This document shows positions 57,553 through 58,605 of a stretch of 58,605 bases of DNA, piece by piece. This stretch comes from an uncultured Saprospiraceae bacterium (GTDB lineage: Bacteria > Bacteroidota > Bacteroidia > Chitinophagales > Saprospiraceae). The DNA is taken from assembly GCA_964508975.1 (NCBI GenBank), contig CAZDVQ010000024.1:1-58605 (forward strand), written 5' to 3'. The notes beneath the pieces are model-generated. The model was not told the DNA's origin. It did not search any database and saw only the letters and a program-made list of their open reading frames with translations. Numbering within the stretch: position 1 is the first letter of the stretch; every line of letters begins with the position of its first letter. Both the position numbers and the translations under genes were made by a program.

Positions 57553-58222
57553 AGCTGAAATACTGGTTATAGACGACGAGCCGCAAATCCAAAAGCTATT
57601 ACAGATTAACCTGGAGCACAACGACTACAAGGTTAACCAAGCCAGTAGCGGTAAAACGGGCTTGGCCTTGGCAGCCAGTCATCCACCCGATTTAATCTTG
57701 CTGGATATTGGCCTGCCCGACAAGAGTGGGCACGTGATTTTGCAGGAATTAAGGGCGTGGTACAACAAGCCCATTATCATTTTATCCGTACAAGACAACG
57801 AGCAGGACATCGTCTCAGCCCTAGACAACGGCGCAACGGACTACTTGGTGAAACCCTTCCGGGTAGGCGAGTTATTGGCCCGGATACGCTCGGCCATTAG
57901 GCTTAGTCAAGGCGCATTGAACGAATCGCACAAACTTATAGGCAACCTTGAAATTGACTTTGCAGCCCGTGTCGTGAAACGAGATGGTTTATTGCTCAAG
58001 CTCACCTCTACCGAGTACAATTTACTTTGTTTATTGGCCAAGCATGAAGGGAGAGTACTGACACACCAATACATTTTAAAAGAGGTTTGGGGTTATGGAT
58101 ACTTACAAGAAACACAATATTTGAGGGTATTTATCAGCACCTTGCGCAAGAAAATAGAAGACAACCCCAACGCCCCAAAACATATTATCACCGAGAGTGG
58201 TGTTGGCTATAGGTTCCAATAA
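57545..58222 (+). CDS. OmpR/KdpE-family response regulator
   Basis: Receiver domain (VIDDEPQ, phospho-acceptor in LILLDIGLPDKSG, KPIIILS) and a winged-helix DNA-binding domain (LTSTEYNLLCLL...GYRF). Overlaps the kinase gene by 8 nt. Confidence 0.9.
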   Translation: MNRAEILVIDDEPQIQKLLQINLEHNDYKVNQASSGKTGLALAASHPPDLILLDIGLPDKSGHVILQELRAWYNKPIIILSVQDNEQDIVSALDNGATDYLVKPFRVGELLARIRSAIRLSQGALNESHKLIGNLEIDFAARVVKRDGLLLKLTSTEYNLLCLLAKHEGRVLTHQYILKEVWGYGYLQETQYLRVFISTLRKKIEDNPNAPKHIITESGVGYRFQ

Positions 58223-58352
58223 TCTTTATATTTTCTTAATGTTCTGGGGCTAAAGCTTTACGCCCTCTATATACCATTCGGCAGACCTTTACAGCGTCAA
58301 AACAAGAACGGATCAAACTGAAAAAACAGCCCCCGTTCGGTAAACAGATGCT

Positions 58353-58605
58353 ATGGAACCCGAGGAAAATTTGAATAATTTAAAAGAAGCGCTCGCCAGT
58401 TCGCTGGTAGCGTTATGCCAGCTGAGCCAGGATATAAAACGGCTACTGGATGGCCAAGCCTACCACGATATGCGACGATTACTACACTTGCACGAGCATA
58501 GCGAGGCCAGGGTCTCGATGCTTTTGTCGATGCAAAACCAACAAGGATTTAACCGAAACCTAGCGGCCTTTATCGCTGAGGTAGATGCGCTTGTACAACA
58601 ACCCA
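58353..58605 (+). CDS. hypothetical protein, 5' partial (runs off the window end)
   Basis: ATG at 58353 (MEPEENLNNLKEALASS...) remains open to the end of the window. No recognisable motifs. Confidence 0.3.
   Translation, partial: MEPEENLNNLKEALASSLVALCQLSQDIKRLLDGQAYHDMRRLLHLHEHSEARVSMLLSMQNQQGFNRNLAAFIAEVDALVQQP

Noticed and set aside
1-58605. CRISPR arrays, rRNA genes, integrases
   Set aside because: No regularly spaced identical direct repeats were found; the repeats present are dispersed and GC-rich, not arrayed. No 16S/23S/5S-like conserved blocks. No tyrosine or serine recombinase motifs beyond the Rpn-family nuclease.

Overview
This 58.6-kb window is from a Bacteroidota-type chromosome. 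The evidence is a type IX secretion (T9SS) C-terminal sorting domain, TonB-dependent receptors, and TAnnTTTG-type -7 promoter boxes. Housekeeping and envelope genes run at about 50% GC: carB, a PrpE-like acyl-CoA synthetase, a DtxR-family regulator/TonB receptor/ZnuA-like Mn-Zn uptake locus, a 1548-aa T9SS surface protein, an MltD-like lytic transglycosylase, tatA, a PpiD-like isomerase, a TolC/adaptor pair, RtcB, and a KdpD/KdpE-like two-component pair. Two low-GC accessory blocks interrupt them. Block 1 (about 30.0-42.3 kb, all on the minus strand) carries an Eco57I-like Type IIG restriction-modification system. That system has a 995-aa nuclease-methyltransferase fusion, a 535-aa second methyltransferase and an HTH controller. 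Directly upstream lies a translationally coupled gene pair that I cannot assign to any named defence system and consider the most interesting object in the window. The first gene encodes a 1560-1583-aa protein with an N-terminal sacsin/Hsp90-like GHKL ATPase (ELIQNADD and GTFGIGF motifs) and a C-terminal DUF3883/PD-(D/E)xK-like domain. The second encodes a 771-aa Upf1-like SF1 helicase fused to a C-terminal PIN nuclease. Block 2 (about 47.7-54.3 kb) holds an Rpn-family nuclease/transposase, RtcB, three low-GC hypothetical genes (two sharing an RNxxAH HEPN-like motif) and an SPFH protein. It ends at a cluster of non-canonical tRNA-like modules (D-arm, T-arm and a Lys-UUU anticodon arm in permuted order), which may be an integration scar or a structured RNA. 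Intergenic space is saturated with at least 14 copies of a roughly 110-160 bp GC-rich REP/MITE-like repeat family in both orientations, plus a second repeat of about 180 nt with hairpin potential. No CRISPR array, rRNA or intact tRNA could be supported.
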